NCBI GenBank assembly: GCA_000182565.2
Contig: KQ257455.1
DNA: 64,000 nucleotides
Reading direction: 5' to 3' (one strand)
Source of the DNA: Spizellomyces punctatus DAOM BR117
Taxonomy: Eukaryota
Shown here: piece after piece, positions 51,542 to 63,728 of the stretch
Layout: every line of letters starts with the position of its first letter
Numbering within the stretch: position 1 is the stretch's first letter
Program-made: the position numbers and the translations under genes
Notes under the pieces: generated by a model
Databases searched by the model: none
What the model was told of the DNA's origin: nothing
Seen by the model: the letters and a program-made list of their open reading frames with translations, nothing else

Positions 51542-53270
51542 TTACACTTTTTCATCTGTTGCAATTGAAGGGAAAGAGGATCAGAATTCATCATGTATCA
51601 GTCACCGACAGTGATAGGGCCACTTACAGTCCAGCTTGGTCTCCAACTTTTTCATGTCCGCCACCTTTCGCACGGCTTTCATAAAGTCATCTTGAACTAC
51701 ATAGTCTCGCTCGTCGCGAATGGCAAACATTCCTACAGGAAATAATCAGCCAATGTGCATGCGCCTTTCCTGTAACATACCATCTACAAACCTGCTTCTG
51801 TGCAAACATTCCTCAAATCGGCTCCATTAAATCCATCAGAGAGCTTCACCACCGCTTCATAATCTACAAATCGCGAGCTTAACCTTGAAATTCGTCAAAA
51901 TCATGCAGCATCTGGCAGGTTCCTACCAATTTCACCATGCTTCGTAATTGGTGCAGCATGGATTCTGAGAATCTCCAATCGTCCTTGTTCATTTGGAAGT
52001 GGGATTTCGATCTTACGGTCCAGCCGACCAGGACGCATCAAGGCTGGGTCGAGTGTGTCCGGACGATTTGTGGCCATGATGAGTTTCGTTTGGCCGAGGT
52101 AATCAAATCCATCCATTTGGTTGAGGAGCTTTGAAAGTACCATGACAGTGACATTAATTATACTACGTCTCACGTGTTGCCATATCATGCGAATTAATAC
52201 CTCCATCAGCGTGCGTTGGATTTCACGATCGGCCGAAGTTCCCTCGGAAAAACGACGTCCACCAATCGCATCAATTTCGTCCATGAAAATGATACAGGGT
52301 TCATGCTCTTTTGCGTAGCCTGTAGCGTACTGTTTAGTTCACCACACTGGCAAATTTCGACAGAGATTGCCGGACGCATACCAAACATCTCTCGAATCAG
52401 TCTCGCACTCTCTCCAATGTACTTGTCGACGATAGCACTGGATACAACCTTCAAAAAGTTACATTCGAGGGTGCTCGCGACGGCACGAGCGAGCAACGTC
52501 TTTCCCGTTCCAGGTGGTCCATACAACAAGACACCCTTTGGTGGCTTTATTCCGACCCGCAAGAACAGCTCTGGATTCAATAATGGCAGTTCAATAACCT
52601 TTAGAATAAGATTTTCATTTAAATATCATTGACCGATTTACATAAAGCAGAGCTATAATTGGAAAGACATACCTCTCTCAGCTCTCTGATCTGATCGCCA
52701 AGCCCACCAATCCCAGCAAAAGAGATATTCCCTGGATCCTCTGTAGACATGTTATAAACCAAGGGATCTACTTCGCGGGGAAGAATTCGCATGATGGTCA
52801 AGGTTGTCATGTCGAGCGACACACGTGTGCCTTGCTTCAACTTTTCTTTGGGTACTCGCTCTCGACAGCCAACGACATATCGCGGTCCGCTGGAAGCTTT
52901 CACAATGACTTGAAATAAAAGAAAGCCACAAATAAGTTCGCAAACGCCGGGGCCATGAAGGGGCGAACGGAAACGTACATCGTTCCTCATCCAGTTGTTT
53001 CAGCACCTCCCCTATAATCTGTCCCACGCTCTGCAGCGCTTTGATGTCGTCCTCTGTTTTGTCAAAGTCCTTTTCTAAAGAGCGCAAACCAAGTCGCACT
53101 GAAAGATCCTGCAATTAGGCTAGTCGTAACGGCGGAACGAGGACACGTTGAATTGCTCCAGAGTACTCACGCTCTTTAACCTTTGCATCCAATTCGCGAT
53201 GTAGGAGGAGTTGCTTTCTGTAATCACCGAGAACCTTTGCTCTTCGATCGTCTGAGCTGGCCGTTGCCAT
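51542..53270 (-). CDS. RPT4: 26S proteasome AAA-ATPase Rpt4/PSMC6
   Basis: [53 protein letters not shown]; ends KLDYEKV*. Confidence 0.97.
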
Positions 53271-53628
53271 GTCTTGTGAATTGCTGGCGTGGAGCGAGTC
53301 GCGAAGGTTTCCAAACAGATTTCGCTGATGAGTTCAAGTGCTTGTTGAAGTTGCAGTTTGCAAAGTCCCAATTTTTGGACGCGTCATCAATTGGGACGCG
53401 CGGGTTGGGACGACGACAAACGAGTTTCCAACGTCATTAAAAGAAACCTTTCAAGAAAACTATTCAACGGAATTATTCAACAAAGAGGAGAATAGCTGCC
53501 ATTCGGGATTGTCATCACTTTTAGAAATGGTAATATGTATATGCCTGCAATAATGTACAAAGAATTGAAAGAATAAGAATATAATAGCTCCACAATCGAC
53601 CGCAAGATTTCGTCCAGTTTGCGAGATG

Positions 53629-54608
53629 TCATTCGAATACCTCCATCTTCACTTCACGTTTAGGGCTTTCGCCCGCAGAGGACCGCTCGTTATTTCGTTT
53701 TCTAGAGTCCCAAAACTCCTTTACCTTCAGAGGGGCAGATTCCAGGTTTTCTTCAGGCTCCCATGTATTTTCGCTTTCATCGGGATACCCTTTCCATGCA
53801 ACTAGATATCGAACTCGCCTGTTCCCCTCTCCTTCTCCACCGTCATAGGTAATTTGCACATCAAGAATACGCTCAACCTCGAAGATGTCGGCATCCTCTT
53901 CGGAGCGTTGTTTTTTGCGCTTCTGTTTCGGTGGCTTTTTGGAGGCTCGAGAAAGGGGTGACAGGGATTGTCGGCTACCTATCTTGTGAACTGCAGCTTT
54001 GCGCTTCTTGGTCTTTTCAACCAGTAAATTTAAGATCAGAGTATCAAAATGCATCAATGGATATATGTGACCTTAATGCGTTCGTGTAAAGGAATTCCAA
54101 AACCATTTGTGGCTGCTGCATCCGTGGCTTTCTCCAAGTTCGGAGCCGAAATGGCTGGGACCTCGGGCTGGTTCGGTATCACATTTGACGAGATTTGGGA
54201 TTCGCCAACGATTAGGGGTCTTGCCACCTTTTGTGCTTCCTCTACAGGTGAGACTTTGACTGGCAAAGTTGTTCCAGACTGCTCTTCCTGGGGAGAACGA
54301 GCTTCCTCGGTTTCAGCAATAGTTGTCTTTGCCTTCATTAGTGCTGCATGACGAAGGGAAGGGTGCTGGATAGTTGTCTTCTCAAAGTCGGCAGCTTCAG
54401 AGCCGTCCGTGCGTTCATTATCGCTGAAGCGAGGGAATGAAGTGACATGCGCTAGGAAGTTTACTTCCCCTTTAAGGTTGGACATGGAAACGTCGTACAT
54501 GTCCAGCTCTTCTTCCGTCGGAACAGTCAAGTCCCAGCCCCATATCTCCGCAAGCATTTCCGTCAAGGTGGGCTCGCCTTTCTGGAGCGGGTCCTTTCTC
54601 GTCTCCAT
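53629..54608 (-). CDS. Protein with a C-terminal chromodomain
   Basis: FEVERILD..YLVAWKGYPDESENTWEPEENL with an intact aromatic cage. One intron; start codon uncertain. Confidence 0.8.
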
Positions 54609-54798
54609 TTGTCCAATAATGTATCCATGCACATGGATGGGAAGGCCTGTCAAGACAATACCACCAAGAGCCAGCCATGATTCACACGGGGTGGCACAGT
54701 TGTCTGGATTTTGGACAATCGAGAAGGAACTTTGACAGCCGATCTGCGACGCCTAGCGGGCAATCGAACGAGCTTTGTGAGCTAAAGAATACCCCAAC

Positions 54799-56259
54799 AT
54801 GTCTGGCCGCAAAGGAAAGAAGGTTGCAGGACCTTCTGCGCCTGCCTCACTTACTGCCGAAGAGCAGACACTTCTCGCAACCCTCAGAAGCCATTCTAAG
54901 GCAAGGCGTGTAGAATTCTCCGCAATGTCACTTTACTGATCTCTAACAACACATCACCTTCATGTACCTCAACGTATGTTTAGGGAGCAGATATAGATAC
55001 CCTTAAGAGCGAGCTGGGTGACTGGGATGATAACTCGATCTTAACCTGTATGAACTCATTGAGTCAAAAGGTGAGGACAGTCTGGGTCATTCAAGTGTGG
55101 AAGCGGAGATTTGCTCAAACTTGCATACCTATTATACGATAGCAATATGTGGATTTCATATCATTGGGTAAAAGCGGGAAATTGGCCTTTAAAGCGAGAT
55201 CGGCAGAAGAGGCGACCAAGTAAGTGGTTGCTTGATCGGCGGGGCTCAACTGAGCAATGATTCTGATGTTGCGTTTGTCTTTCAGGACGGGAGGAATGAA
55301 AGACGAGGAACGAATAATATATCGCTTGGTAAAGGAAGCCAAGAACAATGGTTTGTTATACCGCTGAGTGCTCTCCACCGTTTGATCGATCTGTACTCGT
55401 GGACCAACGATTCTTGCAAATCTACAGGAATATGGCTCAAGCAGCTGAGAGACAGGTCTGGTCTTCACAGCCAGCTTGCCAATACAGTCATCAAGAATTT
55501 AGAAAAGAAGAACGTCATCAAATGGGTGAAACCAGTCAAGGTAGGGTATATTTGAACAATCGTTCCATCAAGGTCAAATCCTCACTTCCAACCTTCTCCG
55601 GCATCTAGAATCCGTACAAGAAAGTCTATCTCCTTTTTGAGCTAGAGCCTTCCACTGAGCTTACCGGCGGAGCGTGGTATACAGACAACGAGATGGACAT
55701 GGACTTTATCGAGCAACTCTCCGCACAAGTATATAAATATATTACAATGAAGGTGGGCCTTTGTTTGAGCGGTTATCATCATCTAGCGAGAAGAAAGTAA
55801 CGAGGCGTTATGCGATCTTGGCAGAGTTTTCCTCCAAAAAATAAAGACGCCATATATTCCGCTTCTTACTCCTCCTATCCAACCGCCAGCGCCATCCACA
55901 AATTTATCGGCAAAAGCGGTCTCACAACTGTTCCCCTCAGTCTCGAAGACGTGCAGAGCTTGCTAGACCGGTTATACTATGACGGAAAGGTCACGCGCAT
56001 AGTGAAATCAGGATACGCCGAGTCGGATTACGATCGAATGGATACTGATGACGAGGATTATCGAGATGGCGATGAGGAAGTCCGCGATTTAGATAGCGAT
56101 GTGTGGATGTATAAAGCTGTGAGAGGTTGGGCAACGGAGGAACGAAATGGGTGGACCGACATGCCGTGCGGCAGGTGTCCAGTCTTTGAGTTTTGTTCAG
56201 AGGGAGGCCCTGTCAACCCCAGCAATTGCAAATATTTCAAGGAATGGCTGCAAGGATGA
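54799..56259 (+). CDS. RPC34: RNA polymerase III subunit RPC34/POLR3F
   Basis: GIWLKQL..SGLH, KKVYLLFELEPS.ELTGGAWY, C-terminal PCGRCPV..FC...GPVNP.NC.YF.EWL. Confidence 0.95.
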
Positions 56260-56502
56260 GAAGACATAAGCATGCGGCCAAGAATACCTGCTCATTGCAA
56301 CCACTTCAAGTATTATTGTGAACTTTTCCGTATGGCATTGTCCGAATGGGTTGTCCGAATGCAATGATCGCGTAATACAATCCTGATTGGACGATTCATT
56401 ACCCCTGACGTTCGCTCGCGCGTATAAAGGTCGCTCGATTCTCCCACCCCATCGTCATCTTGGTTTCTTTCACATCTGCCTTCCACTGCATTGTCAGCTC
56501 AA

Positions 56503-57811
56503 TATGGATTTCAAGACCGAACCCAAAGGCAAATGCAAGATTGATGACAAGGTGCTCGATATGGACAATGTGCATGAATATTTCAGGAAGTTTGAGGCAA
56601 ACCGTTGGCATCCGCGCCATTTTATAAACCAAGTCGGCAAAAAGCATCCGCATCCCTATGTGCCGTGGCTCAGTTCGTTGAATTTGCTAAAGGAGGATGC
56701 TCTTTTCGGAGAACCTGCCAAGAAACTTTTGTCATTGTATCCGGTATGTACCATCCGTATGTCAGGTTCTGCATGCCAGTTGGTGGGGAACCAGGTGTCC
56801 ACTATATGATGTCGCACAGGCATGACATACCAGTCCTCCCTCTCGTGGGACGCCTCCGCCCATCGGACATCTACACTTCATACACCTCGTCGGCCGTGCA
56901 ATGGTATGGGGATGTCATACCCGTGGGGCTCATCGACTTGAGTCATCACTTAGGCCTATGATTCGTCGCTCACCCGCTCAGGTGGTCACCAACTGGCATG
57001 CTTTGGCCAGATGTTACTGATTTCTTTACAGTTTGCAGTATTCAACGCGATGTGGAATGAAGGGCATCGAACAAAAGTATTGCATCTAGGCGATCATAAT
57101 ATTGGCATCGGATGTGGCTCGAGCTCCGGACATCGTGTTGTGAGCGAAGTTCCCGTTTTTTAAACACCTACTCGACACAGTACTTTGCTTGATGGGCATC
57201 ATAGTCTATGTGATGACACTGAGTTTTCTATTAATGATGAGGTGGGTTTGACAGTAGCCATCTTCCTTCAGACAGTTGACTTACAATCACTTACTTGTAC
57301 CCACACCTGCAAATCTCAAACGAAAGAGGGACACGGCCGTGCTGACAATGTCAAGCAAAAAACGCAAACAGGTTGAAAATCCAACGAAACTTGACGGCGA
57401 ACCTGCCCAAGCCTACTATATTCGTCTTTTGACTCATCTCTATAATCATGGATTCGTGAACGATGCTCTTTATCGGTTCGGTCTAGTTACAATTGTTCGC
57501 AAAGGAGACGCCGCCTATTTTGAATTAGAGAAGTTTCTGCTCGCATATGCTGTCGATGGTCAATCGTTCCCGGTAGTATTTTGGCTTGAGGAGAGGATGC
57601 CGAAGGTATTTGTAGGCAATCATCACATTCGTTCAGATTCTCAACCTACTTTCGTTTGTAGAAGGAACATATTGGTCTCGTACTACAGTCTGAGCTGCAA
57701 AAGACCGCTCTCAAGGGTGTTTCCCAATATGCTATGAATGCTGCGGTTGCTGCTGGAAGTGGCTTACTTGCTATTATCATGCAACGCTTGGTTCAAAAGT
57801 TTTCGTCCTGA
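56503..57811 (+). CDS. Hypothetical multi-exon protein with a hydrophobic C-terminus
   Basis: Chain of ORF segments bounded by GT-AG introns (MDFKTEPKG.. to ..LLAIIMQRLVQKFSS*). Exon structure and ends are approximate. Confidence 0.45.
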
Positions 57812-58015
57812 TTGGTCATATGTTGGTTGTTGATCCTGTTGAGTAGAGGAACTAGTGTTTGTGATCCTTTTTGTGATTACCCTTGTTGTTTGCTGTGATG
57901 GAAATATTATTTGCTAGTTCTTCTGGTAGTTCCCTTTTCTGTATATACACGCATAAACTATCCTCAATAATGTGGCAATAATCTACATACATTATTTAAT
58001 CAGAACGCAGAGTTG

Positions 58016-59319
58016 TTATTTTCTCTTTATTGCTGCCAAGTGCATGATCCCTTTCGGTATGCGGGGACAGGTTCGGTGAATGGTTGCAGGTGGGGTCGAG
58101 GATTTAGTTCCAGCGACATTTGGGTAGTCTGCGATCCATTTCCGTTTACGAACTGCCAGGCCTCTTTCCTCTTTGTTCCCTTCTGCGATCGACGCAGGCA
58201 GTTGCCCCAGAGAATGCTTATTCCCTAGTTTCACGAGCCTCATCCCGCATTCCGTGTTCATGGCCTCCTTTTGTTGCATATAACAAGGTGGTAGGCTCCT
58301 ACCCAAGGGGATGCCCATGACGTAGTGCCACATTTCACTTCTCGCTGCTGCTGCGACAAGTTCTGGCACGATCCATGCACGCATAATGATATCGGGGTTA
58401 GCGAGAATATCTGGATCGGCGCCTTCAGCACGCAGCAGAAGTGTCAATTCTTCACGGCTCATCGGAACCTGAAAGTTGAAAATCGGGACTGCCTTGGGAA
58501 GACGGATCCAACCATATCGCAAAAACAAAGAAGATAACGAAATATATGACCCGGTTACGTCCAACGCATCCAGGGAAGGAGCTCGCACCAAATATGGAAT
58601 GCAGACATCGGATAAACCGGTATGTGAAATATTGAGGCATTGCAATGATCTCAGGCAAGGCTCGTCGGTGTGGGCATTGTACATTGTCGGTCTCAACAGA
58701 GCCATCAGACCGTTATCTCCCACGGCAGTCTTTGAAATGTCCAGAAAACGCAGGTTTGATAGATGTGCAATATGGCAAGTCATCTCATCGTTGAAAGAAG
58801 ATCCGCTGAGATTCAGGTGCACAAGATACCGTGAGACGGGGGAATTAGCGTTCGATAGCCGGCAGAGGGAATCCTGCTGGGGGCTGCCTCGTATAAACAG
58901 AATAGAGTTTTGTTCTCTGAGATGGGGATATTCTTCTAGAAAGGCAGATAGTAGGTCGCCTGTTGGAACCATGTGCCGTTCGTGTAAGAGCGCCCATATC
59001 AGTTTTCCACAAGGGTCCCAGGGAACGCCGGCTAAAGAAACAAATTGATGCTGGTGCCTCACTACTGCAATCTGGAGGAGGGAGCACGTCGCAAAAGAGC
59101 AGTTTCAGTCATTGACGCAACGAGTAACATCCTGTGACAAATAGACCTCACCGCCGAGAAGGCCGCCAAAGACGGGACTGTATCCTTGGCGAGGCGTCGT
59201 CGGCTAAAGTCCGGGGGCTTTGGAACATAGCGCTTGGCTGGTATACGGTGGTCCTGGAGGCCGTGGCTGGAAGATGAGATGCGTTCTCGGTCGTCAGATC
59301 GCGTTCGTGATTGCAACAT
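58016..59319 (-). CDS. RNI-like leucine-rich repeat protein
   Basis: Repeats LVHLNLSGS, LRFLDISKTAVGD, LQCLNISHTGLSD and LDALDVTGS; first exon ends VPSLAAFSA. Confidence 0.75.
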
Positions 59320-60006
59320 GGATGTCTACCAGTCCACAGAGTTCACTACGAGATATATTCGACTGAAGTATGCGGCTTGGAAGATGGTTGGATCAGCGGT
59401 TTTTCTATGGAATCTGTCGAGGTTTCCGTTTCGTTCCACTATGCGCAGTGTTTCATTGAATCCATGTTCAAAAGATGATGATATTTTGAGGGACGCTATA
59501 TCGCTTGATGTGAAGCCCTTGCGAAACGCAAGCATTGGCATTACGAGCGCATGGCCCAGACGTTGAGGAAAGCTGGTTCCGCCTTGGAGAAAGACAGTGG
59601 CAAAAAACGGCCGCTCCAAACACTTAAAAAAGAGTTTCAATATGTCAAACTTCTGGTGAATCGCTTCTGTTTTACAAATCATCGGAAGGAGTGCAGTAAT
59701 CTTGCAACCCTTCGATGGCGAGCATATGGGGAGTTACAGCCCGGCGATTTGAGAAGTTTGGCAGCACTTCTGGGGCCACAAGGAAGAACAGCTTTGAGAA
59801 CAGATTCACAGCGGTGGGCCAAATGCGCGAGGCAACCGGACTGAACAGCAGCCACGCACACTGACGGAGGAGGTTGTAGTTGCCTTCTTGTCAGTCGCAT
59901 CTTAAAGTACTATTAGGACGTTCTATTACAACTCAGGAGGGATTCTAAAAGACTACATTGCTTTCAACCTACAAATCTGTCAACAATACATATCCGAAGG
60001 AGATTT

Positions 60007-61113
60007 TCAGACCGTTGCGCCAGTGATTGTACTCGCTTGGCCAGCTACAGATGATGATGCAACCATCGTGTCTCCTGCGACCAAACCATGCTTTGCAGAA
60101 CCAGCCTTGTTACTTGCCGGGGTTTGCGATCGTTTATCGAATCCGTTGATGACGTGCACTAGTGTGTAAAGATACACAAGTCCGAGTGCATAGTATACAC
60201 GGATAGCATATTGGCCGGCAATCATTGTTTCTTCTATCCGCTTTGCGACGATCGTGATGAGGGAGGCGAGGGCGAGCACAAGTGCGACTGATAGGGCGCC
60301 AACGAGAAATCTTCGAGCTTTGATTTGCTCGGGAGTTTGTTCCCTGCGGAGGTCCTTTTGAAGCCTTCGTACGAGTACCAATGTCCCTCCGTAAAGGAGG
60401 AAATCTGAGAGGATGATCCACAGAACAAGTATGGAAGACCCGAATCTACGCAAAAGGACAAGTGAGCCAGGTGAGCTTTCATACACAGGCCTAAAGTACC
60501 TACATGACGGATGTTCCAAAAGGAAAAACCTTTGATATGGACATATTGTTGTACGTTTCTTCGGGTAGAAGGTCCACCACAATGTTCAATGCCCACGCCC
60601 ATGCTCCTAGCACGACCGTCAAACCCTGGAGGATTCGACACAATCGCACCGTGTACCATCTAGCAATATGCCGGAACGCTTTGAATCGTTCCAAGGAAAG
60701 TAAGGTGTACAGGGCACCAGCAAACATATTGAAACCGAGAGCAATGCCGCCACCGATATCACGTCCGCAACCTTTCGTCTCGCAAACCACATTCAGAATC
60801 CAGCTCAGGGTACTCATTGCATCTGATATGCTAAGGGATAGTAAATCAGTTTTTGTACGCACCGCAGCAAGCGGACAAACACTCACCACAACAGTATCCA
60901 ACAGAGCACGAGGAAAGCATTGAACGTCGTCCTCTTCTTCCACCATCTTTCAAAACATATGTGAGTGATGATATGTCAAGGTTTTCATCGACCGAGGCGT
61001 CCTGTCACCCGATGGACCTACTTTGTGGCGGTAAAGACCGTTACCGCGACGGTAAAAACACACAGGCACGCATTCGCAGCAAGTTTCCCTGGATAGGTGC
61101 TTCGATCGCTCAT
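60007..61113 (-). CDS. Seven-transmembrane GPCR-like protein (4 exons)
   Basis: Spliced model starting MSDRSTYPGK.. gives about 7 hydrophobic helices, an ERF motif at the end of TM3 and a Ser/Ala-rich tail. Confidence 0.7.
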
Positions 61114-61960
61114 TTCATAGTTTTGTAAAGCTTATTGCAAAAAAGAGCGCGAAAGAAGGGGTTTGGGTCGGGTGCATATATATTTATAAGGTTATGTTTG
61201 ATTTGATCCCTTTGTCTGCTCGGTCAACACATCCCCCCAAATAGAACTAAACAGACGCAGTGCCACGCCGTGTCGAGTAAAGCTTTGACCTTTACCTACG
61301 GTTCATTCCTTGTTGCCCAAATTAGCCTTGGAGCCTTTCTGTGCTTCATTTCGCTTTTGAACCACTCGATCGAAGGGTGTGCGATGCACCAACGAACCGC
61401 AAGCAACAAAAGCAACTTTATTTCAATGTCGGACAAAAAGCATAATCTGATTTCATAAGCACTGTGACCAAAAATGGAAACAGGGCTTTTCTCGCCGCGG
61501 ATTTAAAGTTACGGATGTTTACCTTTGAGCTGAGGGTTTTGGTCCCAAAATTAGGCCATAGATTTTGTATTGATGCAAAAGTTATTGTAAATGGATGACA
61601 CTCTGGAATAAGCAAATATCAGAAACTTTTATCATGCAGTCCCGTAGGTTAACGTAGTGGAGATGTAGTGACAATGGAGTCGAATGTTATATTCCAAAAA
61701 GCATGAAGGTGCGACACATTCCTTGAAGATGCGCTATCAACAATGGTTCTTCATATCCGCATCATCCATATCTTAGTGTAGTAGCTTTCCTTATTTTGCC
61801 AAGTACGAAACAATGATCCTTGGAGTTGCTTGGGGGATTCCACTAATGGTTCCGTAAGCGATTAGTAAGCCAATCACGTTGTCGCGTTCGACGTGTCGCG
61901 ATTCCGCGGGCAGGAGGTGTCCGTCTCCTTGAAATGCCCGTATATGCACATAGGAGTTAA

Positions 61961-62180
61961 GGGGGCCGAATAGTCCAGTTGGTTAAAGCGCAGACGTGCG
62001 ACTCGACTGACCGGCGTTCGACTCCCCGTGTGTGAATTGGTTGGCTGGGACTGTAGTGTGCGTGGTGCGAGCAGCTACCTCCGTCTTCGGATTGGAGCTC
62101 TATGATTGTTCCTAAGGCGGGGGGGAGGGCAGTCATAGGGAGGGCCCCGGCGGGTGAAAGGGGGCTTGCGTTATGTTTTG
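61961..62180 (+). ncRNA. tRNA-derived Pol III element with a structured 3' body (novel ncRNA or SINE)
   Basis: A box TAGTCCAGTTGG and B box GTTCGACTC in a T-arm-like hairpin at tRNA spacing. Four abutting hairpins follow, then TTTT at 62176-79. Confidence 0.6.
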
Positions 62181-63665
62181 ATATCTTGAAAGTTTTGTAA
62201 CTATCCATTACGCCTTTGGCCATCTCGTCGAGTGTTGTTGAAAATATCTAATGTCTTTTGGGGCTATGCAGATGTCCTAGGCACACCAGTCTGTTTGATG
62301 CACGTAGTGGAGCAGCACTTTTGAATCTAAGATACAATATCTCACTTGGTGTAGTTCCTGATTGGAACTGCCGACTTCTGAACGGTTAAAACTAACCGTG
62401 AGTAGCTGCACTCCGCGCTAACAGATCAAACATTATCATCATTAAAGTGAAGGCCAGAGAGCATCCAGGTGACGTTCGCTCATGCTGGAGGGTTGCCGCA
62501 CCTGGAGTGCATTTGACATGCCAGCGGGACAACCAAATGTGTGCGTGCCTTGTGAAAGTTCAAGAAACAGCCGCGATCTGTGGACGACGGCATCATATAT
62601 TGGATCTAGTTTGAAGCATATTGACATCCCTTTAATAAATCACCATCGAATAGAATGGTTGGCCAAACTACATTGCATTACCGCAAAGCAATTGAAGCTA
62701 CTCGAACTCTAGCGGGTTTGGAGTGAAACGAGGTGGTTCTAAACCCACAAAGAGCATTCCATGCTCATCAGTAAGCACATAAGGCTCTGACTGCTGAACG
62801 GAATGCTATCACGATGGTCCGTATGCAGGGTTGACAGCTGCACGTGGATCTATCAATTGCACAGCAAATATGTCATCATTATTGTAGAGCGGGACAGAGC
62901 GGGAAGAAGTGAATGTATCCGTGGAAATCGGTCGATGTTCACTTGAGACGAACCATCGGTTGATTTATTCGTATCTACTATGTACGACACGTACTAATAG
63001 CGGGAACCTGATCGATGGTGCCGGAAATGCAAGTGATTTCGGTTTGAGTGTTGCATGCACATGTTGGGGTCAAGGGATCTTTGTTGAAAGCCTTGGGGTC
63101 CCCTGGTTCTTGCTGAGCTAGACGCCGGAACCAATCGTTCCAGAGATATCTTTGTAGATCCCTGCCTGAACTTTGATGCGTTTTGCGTGTAATTACAAGT
63201 AGGACACTACCGACCATACAACAACCGATGAGTGTCTCTGATAGGCAGCGTGCGTTATGGGAGAGAGGCCATGCAGGCAAGGGGAAGACGACGACTTTAT
63301 ACATGTACGTATAATTATATAGTGACGCTCTCAAGTCGTCCAAGATCGGAGGGTAGCACTGAGTAGCTGGTAATCCACCATCTGATCTTTTTTTGTCGAC
63401 CGGAAGTCGTAGAATGGTAGGAGGACGAATCAGGATCCATTATATTGTGTAAGTATGGCTTTCCAGATGGGCTTGACGAAGTACGGATATCGTTCCCTGC
63501 TTGTGAGCTGGCGGTTTTCCCTAGCAGGTCCGTATACTCTTAGCATAGCAAATCACCCCTAACCGCCCACGTTGTCGAACGTGGGCTTTTATCCGCTGGC
63601 ATGTCTTCCCTCACATACCCAACAACCTTTGAGGTTAAAAAGGTGATGAGTATCAGAATGCCCTG

Positions 63666-63675
63666 TATATAAAAG
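63666..63675 (+). promoter_or_regulatory. TATA box
   Basis: TATATAAAAG, 63 nt upstream of the ATG at 63729. Confidence 0.6.
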
Positions 63676-63728
63676 CGTCCATCATCCCGAAGGCTATTGT
63701 GCACGCGACTTTGAAGACAATCAACGCA

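Noticed and set aside
59320-59900. Short ORFs on both strands
   Set aside because: No motif or splice support.
60460-60600. Apparent frameshift between two overlapping membrane-protein ORFs
   Set aside because: A ~58-nt GTAGGT..GCGTAG intron joins them in frame.
61964-62034. Functional tRNA gene
   Set aside because: The acceptor stem is unpaired and the D and anticodon arms are degenerate.
61957-62223. 88-aa minus-strand ORF
   Set aside because: It is the antisense shadow of the GC-rich structured element and has no recognisable motif.
62230-63480. Gene or transposon remnant
   Set aside because: Only short ORF fragments; I could not build a consistent model or find terminal repeats. Left unresolved.
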